This document shows positions 42,108 to 50,290 of a DNA stretch of 50,290 bases, piece by piece (the first letter of the stretch is position 1; each line of letters starts with the position of its first letter). The position numbers and the translations under genes were made by a program. The DNA is from Candidatus Nomurabacteria bacterium. Lineage in GTDB: Bacteria; Patescibacteriota; Minisyncoccia; Phycocordibacterales; UBA9973. The notes below the pieces were generated by a model. It saw only the letters and a program-made list of their open reading frames with translations, made no database searches and was not told where the DNA came from. The stretch spans positions 1-50,290 of the forward strand of contig JAHFNJ010000007.1 of the NCBI GenBank assembly GCA_023267375.1. The letters are read 5' to 3'.

Positions 42108-42377
42108 ATGAAAACAAATAACACCAAGGTGGCTTTCCTCACTATAATAATCCTCGCAATAGTTTCTGTCGCAGGGTTGATTCTAAAGAATAATAAAGAT
42201 CAGCTGGCTACAGCTGTTTCTCCTGGTTATAAACCTACCTCTCTTTGTGATATCGGGGAATGCGAGACAGAAGGAAATTATAAAACCGCCAAAAATAAAG
42301 ATACTAAGCTAGAAGAAAGACGCCAGAAAATGGAAGCAGAGGTCGCCGCTTATTTGCTTAAGAAAAATAACAAGTAA
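42108..42377 (+). CDS. Small exported protein resembling an M43 protease pro-domain
   Basis: N-terminal TM/signal, then CETE and helical KDTKLEERRQKMEAEVAAYL; ends 4 nt before the protease gene. Confidence 0.6.
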   Translation: MKTNNTKVAFLTIIILAIVSVAGLILKNNKDQLATAVSPGYKPTSLCDIGECETEGNYKTAKNKDTKLEERRQKMEAEVAAYLLKKNNK

Positions 42378-42381
42378 ACTT

Positions 42382-44442
42382 ATGAGTAAGAAAAAAATCA
42401 TTACTGGATTCGTTGGTGTACTCATTGCAGTAGTCGTTTTATCTAGCTTTTCACTTTCGCCAAATGGAAAAGGGGTTGCATCTGCTGCAGATGTTGTTAC
42501 AATCCCGGTTGTTTTTCATGTCTTATACAACTTACCAGAGCAAAATATTTCTGATGCACAGATTAATTCGCAGATTGACGCACTCAACGAAAACTTCAAT
42601 GCAGAAAATCCTGACGTAAGTACAGTCCCTGTTCCTTTTATGTCTCTGGTTGGACGTTCAGGGATTCGGTTTGTGTTAGCAAAGCGTGATCCACAGGGTA
42701 ATCCTACGAATGGGATTATTCGTAAATACACGACGATTACTTCTTTCTCGAGTGATGGAGCAGCCTGTTTTAGTAGTCTTGGGGGAGATGATGCATGGCC
42801 CCATGATCAGTATCTCAATATTTGGGTGGTTAATAAATCCGGAGCGGCAGGGTATTCTGCATATCCTTGGAGTGGGAGTGCCGCAACCGATGGTGTAATT
42901 GTCGGCTACAACTATGTTGGCAAGGTTGGTACTTTTACAAACAATTGGAATTATCAAAAAGGGCGAACCGTAGTTCATGAAGTCGGCCATTGGCTGGGGC
43001 TCGTACACATCTGGGGTGATGCTACGTGCGGCAGTGACCTAGTGGCTGATACACCAACACATGAGAAAGCCAATGGATCTTGTCCTGCGTTTCCTCATGT
43101 ATCTATGTGTGCAGGAAGTGCTCCAAACGGCGATATGTTTATGAATTATATGGACTATACAAATGACGATTGTAGGACGATGTTTTCTCAAGGGCAGGTT
43201 GATCGTATGTTGGGCTTTTTGAACACAACTCGAGCAGGCTTGCTTACATCCTTGGGTGGCGTTGCCCCGTCTGGTTCAGATATCACTCCGCCTATCATTT
43301 CATCGGTTGCTGCATCAAATATCACCACGTCTGGTGCCACTATTACGTTCTCTACAGATGAACCATCTGATACCCAAATGCTCTATGGTATGGCTTCGGG
43401 AAACTATACTACTACTGTTCCAACCAATTCTACGCCCGTGACTTCGCATAGTATTGTACTCAGCGGTCTTACTGCTGGTACCAAGTACTACTATGTCGTC
43501 AAATCAAAAGATATGGCTGGAAATGTTGCAGTATCCTCGGAGTATTCATTTACGACGGTTTCCTTAAATGACACAACTGCTCCAGCGACGACATTTTCTG
43601 CTGCTACTGGTACATGGACAAATACTTCTGTCTTGCGCACTCTTACCTGCATCGACTCAGGTTCTGGCTGCAAAATTACCTACTGGACATTTGTTGTAAA
43701 TGGTTCAGCTTGTCCAGCAGCTACACTTTCTGGAACAGGGTACACTACTGGTACTACTGCAACATGGAGTACTCAAGGACAGTGGCGACTCTGTGCTTAC
43801 TCAATAGATAATGTTAATAATGTAGAAAATCCTAAATTCACCGAACCATTCAATATTGATACAAAACCGCCAACAACCGCAGTAAATGCTCCCGCTAATA
43901 ACTCAACTGTATCAGGGAAGACCGTCGCACTCACTGTGGCCGCGGCGGATGCTCTTTCAGGAGTTAAAACGATTCAGATTACCGTTGATGGTGTAAACGT
44001 TGGGGCGCCAGGAACTTCCAGCCCCTACACTGTTTACTGGGACAGCACGACTGCTTCAAATGCAACACATATTGTGTCGCTTAAAGCGACAGATGTAGCA
44101 GGGAACACAAATTCGATTGGGGCGTCAGCCTCTGTCACGGTCTCAAATGCATCTTCGGCCATCCCGCCAGTAGTGACTATTACGAGTCCAACAGGGAGTA
44201 CGATTCCGACCAAAGGGAACACTACTCTCTCATTTACTGCGACAGCTACCACGACCAACTCAAGTATTTCCTATATACAACTTTCTATAAATAACTCTCT
44301 TCAAAAAACCTGCCCCAATGTTACTACGTGTACGTATACGTGGAGAACAAAAGATATTCTTCCGGGGTCATATACGCTCAAAGCAGTAGCTGTTGATGCT
44401 AAAAATGTGGCTGGGCAAGCAACGAAAGTGCTGACAAAATAA
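42382..44442 (+). CDS. Secreted M43 (pappalysin/ulilysin-family) zinc metalloprotease with Fn3 and Ig-like domains
   Basis: TIPVVFHV, HEVGHWLGLVHIWGD, Met-turn NYMDY, Fn3 (YYYVVKSKD.AGN), Ig-like repeats (D.AGN, W.T...G.YTL.AVA.D). Confidence 0.92.
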   Translation: MSKKKIITGFVGVLIAVVVLSSFSLSPNGKGVASAADVVTIPVVFHVLYNLPEQNISDAQINSQIDALNENFNAENPDVSTVPVPFMSLVGRSGIRFVLAKRDPQGNPTNGIIRKYTTITSFSSDGAACFSSLGGDDAWPHDQYLNIWVVNKSGAAGYSAYPWSGSAATDGVIVGYNYVGKVGTFTNNWNYQKGRTVVHEVGHWLGLVHIWGDATCGSDLVADTPTHEKANGSCPAFPHVSMCAGSAPNGDMFMNYMDYTNDDCRTMFSQGQVDRMLGFLNTTRAGLLTSLGGVAPSGSDITPPIISSVAASNITTSGATITFSTDEPSDTQMLYGMASGNYTTTVPTNSTPVTSHSIVLSGLTAGTKYYYVVKSKDMAGNVAVSSEYSFTTVSLNDTTAPATTFSAATGTWTNTSVLRTLTCIDSGSGCKITYWTFVVNGSACPAATLSGTGYTTGTTATWSTQGQWRLCAYSIDNVNNVENPKFTEPFNIDTKPPTTAVNAPANNSTVSGKTVALTVAAADALSGVKTIQITVDGVNVGAPGTSSPYTVYWDSTTASNATHIVSLKATDVAGNTNSIGASASVTVSNASSAIPPVVTITSPTGSTIPTKGNTTLSFTATATTTNSSISYIQLSINNSLQKTCPNVTTCTYTWRTKDILPGSYTLKAVAVDAKNVAGQATKVLTK

Positions 44443-44447
44443 AAATT

Positions 44448-44945
44448 TTACTTAGAAAATTTTCGGTAGATTGCGATCAGTTTTTTCTCTAATTGTTGCG
44501 GTGTTTTTTCTTCGTTTCTAAAAGACAGGTGAGGGAAGTCGCCAATACTCTCCCAGTTTTTCTGTATATATGTATCAAGCAGGGTGTGAGTGAAAAAGTG
44601 TCCTTTGCGGTTTTTTATTTGTGATAGATGTTTTGTTTTTGAAGTAGTTACTCGAATGAAAACAATATGTTTTTTAAATTTTTTTAAGAGAAAATTTCTC
44701 GATGTGCTATCTGGTAGGGAGTCAGTAATTGCACTCTCTTTTTTCAGAGACTTTAGATACTTTGCTATTCGGGTGAGTTTTTTGAGTCGGTCTTGTTTAG
44801 TGAATGTTCCTGCGGCAATTTTTTTCTTCTCTGTTGCAAGGAGGAGCGAATCGCCGTTAATATAAAAAACATCAGCCACTTTTGCGAATTTTTGTGCAAT
44901 GTAATCTTTCCCGACACCAGGGTATCCAAAAAACCAGTAGATCAT
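44448..44945 (-). CDS. P-loop kinase, gluconokinase/shikimate-kinase-like
   Basis: GYPGVGK Walker A, INGD, RKGHFF...LLD; start MIYWFFG at 44945. Confidence 0.65.
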   Translation of the reverse strand: MIYWFFGYPGVGKDYIAQKFAKVADVFYINGDSLLLATEKKKIAAGTFTKQDRLKKLTRIAKYLKSLKKESAITDSLPDSTSRNFLLKKFKKHIVFIRVTTSKTKHLSQIKNRKGHFFTHTLLDTYIQKNWESIGDFPHLSFRNEEKTPQQLEKKLIAIYRKFSK

Positions 44946-45065
44946 ACTGACAGGGTAGCATGAAAATGGAGGAATTAAAGAGATTCGCCCGCGACTAAAA
45001 AATCGCCGAAACAGGATGAGATTCTCCCCGTACCGGGGCAGTACAGGTTTCCGAAAAAATAATAC

Positions 45066-45253
45066 AGCGAGATTCGCCCGCGACTCTCGCCTCGTCGTCA
45101 CTCAGCTCGGTCTGGGCACCAGCTCATCTGTTTCGCAAGCTTGCGAAACATGATTCCGCTGTTCGAATCTCACACGCGAAGTGCGCAGGCACTTCGCTCG
45201 CCTCCGCAAACAAAAATGGCCCCGACCAAAGTCGGAGCTCATTTTTGTATTTG
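45066..45253 (-). repeat. tRNA-Ser-linked mirror element
   Basis: Inverted copy of the tRNA 3' half (45161-45173 plus 45199-45210) split by a 25-nt hairpin; 51-nt core 45110-45160; short distal sense copy 45069-45076. Confidence 0.85.
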
Positions 45254-45340
45254 CGGAGGCGGTGAGATTCGAACTCACGGTCCACTTTCATGGACGACAG
45301 TTTTCAAGACTGTTGCCTTAAACCACTCAGCCACACCTCC
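45254..45340 (-). tRNA. tRNA-Ser (anticodon TGA)
   Basis: GGAGGTG/CGCCTCC acceptor, G discriminator, ACAGT-CTTGAAA-ACTGT anticodon arm, long variable arm; CCA not encoded. Confidence 0.95.
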
Positions 45341-45425
45341 GGGGATAACATTACGTTATTTCAAGCTTTTTTTCAAGTTTTGAGGCTGATACCACTCCTA
45401 TTATGTTGCCATGAAAACACCCATC

Positions 45426-45698
45426 TTAGTGATGGGTGTTTTCTGTGTGTGCCTCATGGTGCTGGTCTTTCTTTAGTGCATTTCTCACGAGATCCCTCAC
45501 TTCCTTGGGTTTCTTCTTAACCACCCAGAAAATGTAGTAAATTTCGAGTATAGAGAGGGTGTTTACGATAAGGAGTACGATAAACCACCATTTTTCCTTT
45601 CGTTCAGCGGCCAGCCAAAGGGCGTACCCCTTCCAAGGAAGGATCCATACAATGACGAGTATAATGAGGACGATATTTCCATACCAGACGCTTACCAT
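45426..45698 (-). CDS. DUF5652-like small membrane protein
   Basis: W.LPWKGYALW.AA...KWWFI.LL..NTL.ILEI.YIF. Confidence 0.75.
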   Translation of the reverse strand: MVSVWYGNIVLIILVIVWILPWKGYALWLAAERKEKWWFIVLLIVNTLSILEIYYIFWVVKKKPKEVRDLVRNALKKDQHHEAHTENTHH

Positions 45699-45763
45699 GC
45701 GCTAACTATAACAAAACGATACTCTAGATACAATTATTATGGACCCTATGTTACACTTTGCGT

Positions 45764-46186
45764 ATGAGGTATCTAGGTATCGATTATGGCTCAAAACACA
45801 TTGGTCTGGCTCTCTCCGACGAGAGCGGCAAGATCGCTTTCCCCCACAGTATTCTTGATCGATCTAAGCGTTCAGGGATCGATATTGCGACCCTGGCAGC
45901 CAAAGAAGGGGTGACTGAGATCGTTATCGGCGAGTCGCTTGATTTGTTTGGCAAACCAAATACCGTCATGAACGAAATTGCGCGATTTGCTATGGAACTC
46001 GGCGAAGAGACTGATTTGCCGGTCCATTTTGAAAAAGAATTTCTGACCTCGCATCACGCAACAGTGCAAAAAGGGAAGAGTGGGCTCCATGCTCGGCAAA
46101 ATAAAATGGCAGACCGCGGCCCCATCGATGCTTCTGCTGCCGCGCTCATTCTTCAGCGCTTTTTAGATAAACAAAATAGTAAATAA
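45764..46186 (+). CDS. ruvX: RuvX/YqgF pre-16S rRNA nuclease
   Basis: RYLGIDYG.K.IGLALSD, IVIG.S, E.LTS..A, IDASAA.LILQ.FL. Confidence 0.92.
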   Translation: MRYLGIDYGSKHIGLALSDESGKIAFPHSILDRSKRSGIDIATLAAKEGVTEIVIGESLDLFGKPNTVMNEIARFAMELGEETDLPVHFEKEFLTSHHATVQKGKSGLHARQNKMADRGPIDASAAALILQRFLDKQNSK

Positions 46187-46191
46187 AACGA

Positions 46192-46305
46192 ATGAACTCC
46201 GAAACGAAAGTGTGCCAAAACTGTCCCGATTTTCTTGAATTCATTAGAAAATCGAGGATCCGCGATTCTGATCTTGATAGTCAGAATCGGGATAAAAATA
46301 TATGA
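46192..46305 (+). pseudogene. 37-codon micro-ORF: remnant N-terminus of the Cys-rich family, interrupted by an in-frame palindromic insert
   Basis: MNSETKVCQNC resembles the starts of the two downstream paralogues; its TGA overlaps the ATG at 46302. Confidence 0.55.
46224..46292. mobile_element. 69-bp miniature palindromic element with 8-bp terminal inverted repeats
   Basis: TCCCGATT...AATCGGGA enclosing two CGATT...AATCG hairpins; its removal restores AAC TGT AAA AAT (N-C-K-N). Confidence 0.55.
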
Positions 46306-48050
46306 ATACTAGTAGTAGTGAAAAGAGAATATGTCAGAACTGCAAACAAAACTTCACCATCGAACCGGATGATTTTTCTTTTTACGAGAAAATTAAGGTT
46401 CCTCCGCCGACGTTTTGTCCGGAGTGTCGTATGGTTAGACGTCTTGTTTGGAGAAACGAACGCTCGTTGCATCGAAGAGAGTGTGGCCTCTGTAAGAAAA
46501 GTATAATCAGTATGTATAAAAATGACGGAGCTCCTGTTTATTGCAGTGAGTGTTTTAATGGTGATCAATGGGACCCATATACCTATGCGATTGACTACTC
46601 TTTTTCCAAGAATTTTTTTGAACAGATTTGTGAACTTTTTAATAAAGTACCTCGATATTATAAGTATGGTTTTGGTAATCTAATAAATTCAGAATATACA
46701 AATTACACTAAAGACAACAAAAATGCATACCTCTCTTATTCGGTAACAGGATGTGAAGATGTTGCGTATTCTGCGATCATAGACAACTCAAAAAATTCAA
46801 TTGATTGTCTTGCTGTAATGAATGTGGAGAGTTCCTCGTATTGTGTTGATGTTGAGAAAAGTTACAATGTTCACCACGTTATTCAGTCTATTAACTGTGT
46901 TGACTCATTTTTTCTTTACGATTGTGCAAATTGTACTAATTGCTGCCTAAGTTCAAATCTCCGCAATAAACAGTATTATTTCAAAAATCAAAGAATGTCT
47001 AAAGAAGATTACTTTAAGGCGATTGAAAGCCTCCATCTCAATACTTATTCTGGTGTTGAAAAAGCAAAAGATAAATTTCAGGAGATTCTTAAAAACGCGA
47101 TACATAAATATGGGTCAATATACATGGCTGTGAATGTAACTGGCGATTATATTCACGACGCGCGGAATGTAAAATACGGCTTCGACACAAATAGCGCGGA
47201 GAATATTTCTTATGGCAATCGAGTGATCGACGTCAAAGATTCCATGGATATAACAGGAGTGGGTTTTAAAGCGGAAATGATCTATGACTCCGTAGCGGTA
47301 TCTGGGACCACATTTAATGATCGTTTTTGTTATATAACAACTCAGGGGTGCCGGGATTGTGAGTATTCATTGCTTCTAAAAAATTGCTCGGATTGTTTTG
47401 GTTGTGTAAGCCTTACGAATGCAAAGTATTGTATTTTCAATAAGCAATTTACCAAGGAAGAGTATTTTTTGATGGTAGAAAAAATTAAGAAACAGATGAT
47501 GGAAATGCCATATGTTGATGCAAAGGGAAGAGTGTATATGTACGGCGAATTTTTCCCCTACGAGTTATCTCCTTTTGGATATAATGAAACAAATGCCCAC
47601 GACTTTTTTCCTCTGTCAGAAGAAACGGCTAACGAACGCGGCTATAATTGGTTCAAGAGAGAAAAAAGGGACTACAAGATAACGAAAGATTCTAATGATT
47701 TACCAGATAGTATTCTTTATGCAGACGATTCTATTCTTTCTGAAACTATCGCTTGCCCGAATAATGGGGACGCAACAACTCAATGCACCACAGCATTTAA
47801 GTTAACTCCTGAAGAGTTGCAGTTTTATCGACAAAAGAATCTTCCATTGCCACGGTTTTGCCCTAACTGTCGTCACTACGAGCGTTTGAAGTATAGAAAT
47901 CCGATGCGGCTCTATCAGCGTTCTTGTATGTGTGCACAAGAAGGACACGATCATTCAGGGAAGTGCTCAAATGAATTTGAAACAAGTTATGCGCCGGATC
48001 GTCCCGAGAAAGTATATTGCGAAAGTTGTTATCAGAAAGAAGTGCTTTAA
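46302..48050 (+). CDS. Cys-rich zinc-ribbon-repeat protein (paralogue 1)
   Basis: CQNC, CPEC, CGLC, CSEC; C..C..C repeats (CSDCFGC); C-terminal YAPDRPEKVYCESCYQKEV. Confidence 0.85.
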   Translation: MNTSSSEKRICQNCKQNFTIEPDDFSFYEKIKVPPPTFCPECRMVRRLVWRNERSLHRRECGLCKKSIISMYKNDGAPVYCSECFNGDQWDPYTYAIDYSFSKNFFEQICELFNKVPRYYKYGFGNLINSEYTNYTKDNKNAYLSYSVTGCEDVAYSAIIDNSKNSIDCLAVMNVESSSYCVDVEKSYNVHHVIQSINCVDSFFLYDCANCTNCCLSSNLRNKQYYFKNQRMSKEDYFKAIESLHLNTYSGVEKAKDKFQEILKNAIHKYGSIYMAVNVTGDYIHDARNVKYGFDTNSAENISYGNRVIDVKDSMDITGVGFKAEMIYDSVAVSGTTFNDRFCYITTQGCRDCEYSLLLKNCSDCFGCVSLTNAKYCIFNKQFTKEEYFLMVEKIKKQMMEMPYVDAKGRVYMYGEFFPYELSPFGYNETNAHDFFPLSEETANERGYNWFKREKRDYKITKDSNDLPDSILYADDSILSETIACPNNGDATTQCTTAFKLTPEELQFYRQKNLPLPRFCPNCRHYERLKYRNPMRLYQRSCMCAQEGHDHSGKCSNEFETSYAPDRPEKVYCESCYQKEVL

Positions 48051-48074
48051 GAAATAATAAGTAACTAATTTCTA

Positions 48075-49751
48075 ATGAATACAGAAACAAGGCAATGTAA
48101 AAAATGTAATCAAAATTTTACGCTCGATGCGGATGACTTTTCTTTTTACGAAAAAATGAAAGTGCCAGCTCCACATGTCTGCCCTGATTGTCGATTTAAG
48201 ATGCGGGCACTTTTTCGCAATGAGATGTCACTTTATACTGGACGCAAGTGCGGGTCGTGCCAGAAAAATATTGTGACAATGTACAATCCAAAATCTCCGT
48301 ACACTGTGTATTGTCTCGATTGTTACAAAGGCGATTCATGGGACCCACGAAGTTATGCGAAAGAATATGATTTTAATCGCCCCTTTTTTGAGCAACTGAA
48401 AGAGTTGCTCCTGCAAGTTCCGAAAGCGTCCTTGTTCGATGCCGCGGGGTATGGCCCAAATGTGAATAGCGATTTCACGAATGCGAGCGCACTTTTAAAA
48501 AATTGTTACTTCCTTTTCAATAGCGGCCCAGATGAAGAGTCACTCTATTCTCGCGGCATTGATTTATGTAATGAAGTCAGCGATGCATATTTTTGTGTTA
48601 AAGATGAACAGTGCTATGAGATCATCAATACACATGAATGCAACAAGGTGATGTGGGGGCAAAATCTCAAAGGGTGCGTTGATTGTTCTTTGTGTGAAGA
48701 CCTTTCAGGTTGTACGAATTGTTTTGGTTGCGTTGGTCTCCGCAACAAGTCATATCATCTTTATAATGAACAGGTCTCAAAGGAAACCTATGAGATATTT
48801 ATGGAATCTTATCGAGGTTCATATGTGCGACAACAAGAAGAACAGGAAAAATTTAAAAAATTCAGATTGCAATTTCCTAAGCGAGAAAATCATAATTTAA
48901 AAACAATTGATTCGATTGGAGACTATCTTCACGAAACAAAGAATGTAAAACAGTCTTTTGAAATAAGACTGGGTGGTGAACATTCTAAATACTGCTTCTC
49001 AGCAAAAGGCGTTAAAGATTCATATGGGACGACAGGGTATAGCGTAAAGTCGGAAATGCTGCTCGAGTGTGTTTCGACCGGGAATTCTTCTCGTGTTATT
49101 GGCAGTTATGCTATTGATCAATCAACGGATATTTTCTATTCTTTTTCGTGCCGACCAAGCAACGCACATTTGATTGGATGTGATTCAATGAAGAATGCTG
49201 AGTACTGTATTCTCAACAAACAGTATTCAAAAGAAGAGTACGAGAAAATATATGAACATATAGCGAAAGAACTGGTGGAATTGGGAATTCACGGGCTGAT
49301 GATGCCTCCAGAGCTTGCTCCGTTCGGTTATAACGAAACATTGGGGAACGACAATATCATGCTTACCAAAGAAGAAGCATTGGCTGAAGGGTTGCCATGG
49401 CAAGACGACATTCAGATGACAAAAGGGAAGGAGACAATGAAGCCTGAGCAAATTCCAGATCACATCAAAGATGTACAAGATGGAATTGTAAAAGAGATTT
49501 TGAAATGCATCGACTGTGAACGTAACTATAAAATTACCGAACAGGAACTTGGATTTTATCGGAAGATGATGTTGCCGATTCCACGTAAGTGCTTCTATTG
49601 CCGCCACAAAGATAGAATTGTTCGTCGTGGACCATATAAGTTCTGGAATCGAAATTGCGCGCACTGTAATAAAGAGATTGTGACCAATTATGCGCCCGAA
49701 CGACCCGAAATCGTTTATTGCGAGAGTTGTTATCAGCAGGAAGTGATCTAA
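48075..49751 (+). CDS. Cys-rich zinc-ribbon-repeat protein (paralogue 2)
   Basis: Same architecture: CKKC, CPDC, CGSC, CLDC, CTNCFGC, YAPERPEIVYCESCYQQEV. Confidence 0.85.
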   Translation: MNTETRQCKKCNQNFTLDADDFSFYEKMKVPAPHVCPDCRFKMRALFRNEMSLYTGRKCGSCQKNIVTMYNPKSPYTVYCLDCYKGDSWDPRSYAKEYDFNRPFFEQLKELLLQVPKASLFDAAGYGPNVNSDFTNASALLKNCYFLFNSGPDEESLYSRGIDLCNEVSDAYFCVKDEQCYEIINTHECNKVMWGQNLKGCVDCSLCEDLSGCTNCFGCVGLRNKSYHLYNEQVSKETYEIFMESYRGSYVRQQEEQEKFKKFRLQFPKRENHNLKTIDSIGDYLHETKNVKQSFEIRLGGEHSKYCFSAKGVKDSYGTTGYSVKSEMLLECVSTGNSSRVIGSYAIDQSTDIFYSFSCRPSNAHLIGCDSMKNAEYCILNKQYSKEEYEKIYEHIAKELVELGIHGLMMPPELAPFGYNETLGNDNIMLTKEEALAEGLPWQDDIQMTKGKETMKPEQIPDHIKDVQDGIVKEILKCIDCERNYKITEQELGFYRKMMLPIPRKCFYCRHKDRIVRRGPYKFWNRNCAHCNKEIVTNYAPERPEIVYCESCYQQEVI

Positions 49752-50035
49752 TGCCAAAAGAAGTTTTTCAAATAAAAGGCAAAATGTGGCGGTGGCCGGG
49801 TGATGGCGGTTGGCATTTTATAACTCTCGACAGAGATCTCACGGCAAAAATTAGAGAGCGATATGGAAAGGGGATGATACGGATTATCGCGCGCGTTGGT
49901 ATATCTTCTTGGAATACCTCTTTGTTTCCGCACACCAGGGATAAAACATATTTAATCTGTATAAAAAAGATTATTCGGCAGAACGAAGACCTCTTTGAAA
50001 ATGACCTTGTACAGTTGAAATTTGAAATTATCTGA
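49751..50035 (+). CDS. DUF1905-like protein
   Basis: W.WPG.GGWHF, G.IRI.A.VG...W.TSLFP, Y.I.IKK.IR; TAATG overlap with the upstream gene. Confidence 0.75.
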   Translation: MPKEVFQIKGKMWRWPGDGGWHFITLDRDLTAKIRERYGKGMIRIIARVGISSWNTSLFPHTRDKTYLICIKKIIRQNEDLFENDLVQLKFEII

Positions 50036-50082
50036 TTTCTTTTTCAATATTATATTTTTCCTAAAAATGCTATAAATAAAGC

Positions 50083-50290
50083 ATGGATTTTGTCTCATAC
50101 GACGAATTTAAAAAAATGGACATACGGATCGGCACGATCAAAGCCGTGGAACCGGTCGAAGGTACTGATAAGCTTTTGAAGTGCCAAATTGATTTCGGTG
50201 ATAAAAATGAATCAGGGGAAGTAACCACCCGCCAGATTGTATCCGGTATTCGTGAATACTATCCGGAATTTGAGAGGCTTATCGGCAAGC
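50083..50290 (+). CDS. Stand-alone tRNA-binding OB-fold protein (MetRS C-terminal/Trbp111/CsaA-like), 3'-truncated by the window
   Basis: SYDEFKKMDIRIGTI..VE.VEGTDKLL...IDFG...RQIVSGI...Y. Confidence 0.85.
   Translation, partial: MDFVSYDEFKKMDIRIGTIKAVEPVEGTDKLLKCQIDFGDKNESGEVTTRQIVSGIREYYPEFERLIGK

Noticed and set aside
42370-42390. Sequencing frameshift splitting a single pre-pro-protease
   Set aside because: The downstream ORF has its own complete basic-hydrophobic signal peptide, which a fused pro-enzyme would not contain internally; not fully excluded without reads.
1-50290. CRISPR array or cas genes
   Set aside because: No regularly spaced 23-47-nt repeats with unique spacers, and no Cas motifs seen.
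1-50290. Alternative genetic code (TGA=Gly, code 25)
   Set aside because: Conserved genes are full length under code 11, and several end at TGA with ATGA overlaps (26317, 32725).

Overview
A 50.3-kb chromosomal segment of a small-genome bacterium. Gene content and style fit Patescibacteria/CPR (Parcubacteria-like); this is inference from shortened YebC, HolA and PolA, DUF5652, DUF5673 and Gmad2 proteins, tandem Cys-rich paralogues and a PilB/GspE ATPase. Standard code 11 (TGA is used as stop). Housekeeping genes: PBP1A (partial), tyrS, ruvC, yebC, cax, ruvB, pilB/gspE-like, tsaE, polA, holA, trmH-family, mutM, ruvA, rpsT, ruvX and three tRNAs (Lys-TTT, Arg-GCG, Ser-TGA). Accessory modules: a tightly coupled B12-salvage/class II RNR operon, a csoR-copA copper operon with a clear operator, pyrC-D-E-F, large secreted or surface proteins, and an M43 metalloprotease whose pro-domain seems to be a separate gene. 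The most striking unexplained structure is that all three tRNA genes are followed by an element carrying an inverted copy of that same tRNA's own 3' half, split at the T-arm/acceptor junction by a 25-nt hairpin, plus a distal sense copy. Two of these elements share a 51-nt core that differs only by compensatory changes. Also notable: a promoter-to-terminator, ORF-less, 6S-like structured RNA; pervasive leaderless promoter architecture; and a 69-bp palindromic element inserted in frame in a micro-ORF. All domain calls are from motif recognition by eye, not database searches.
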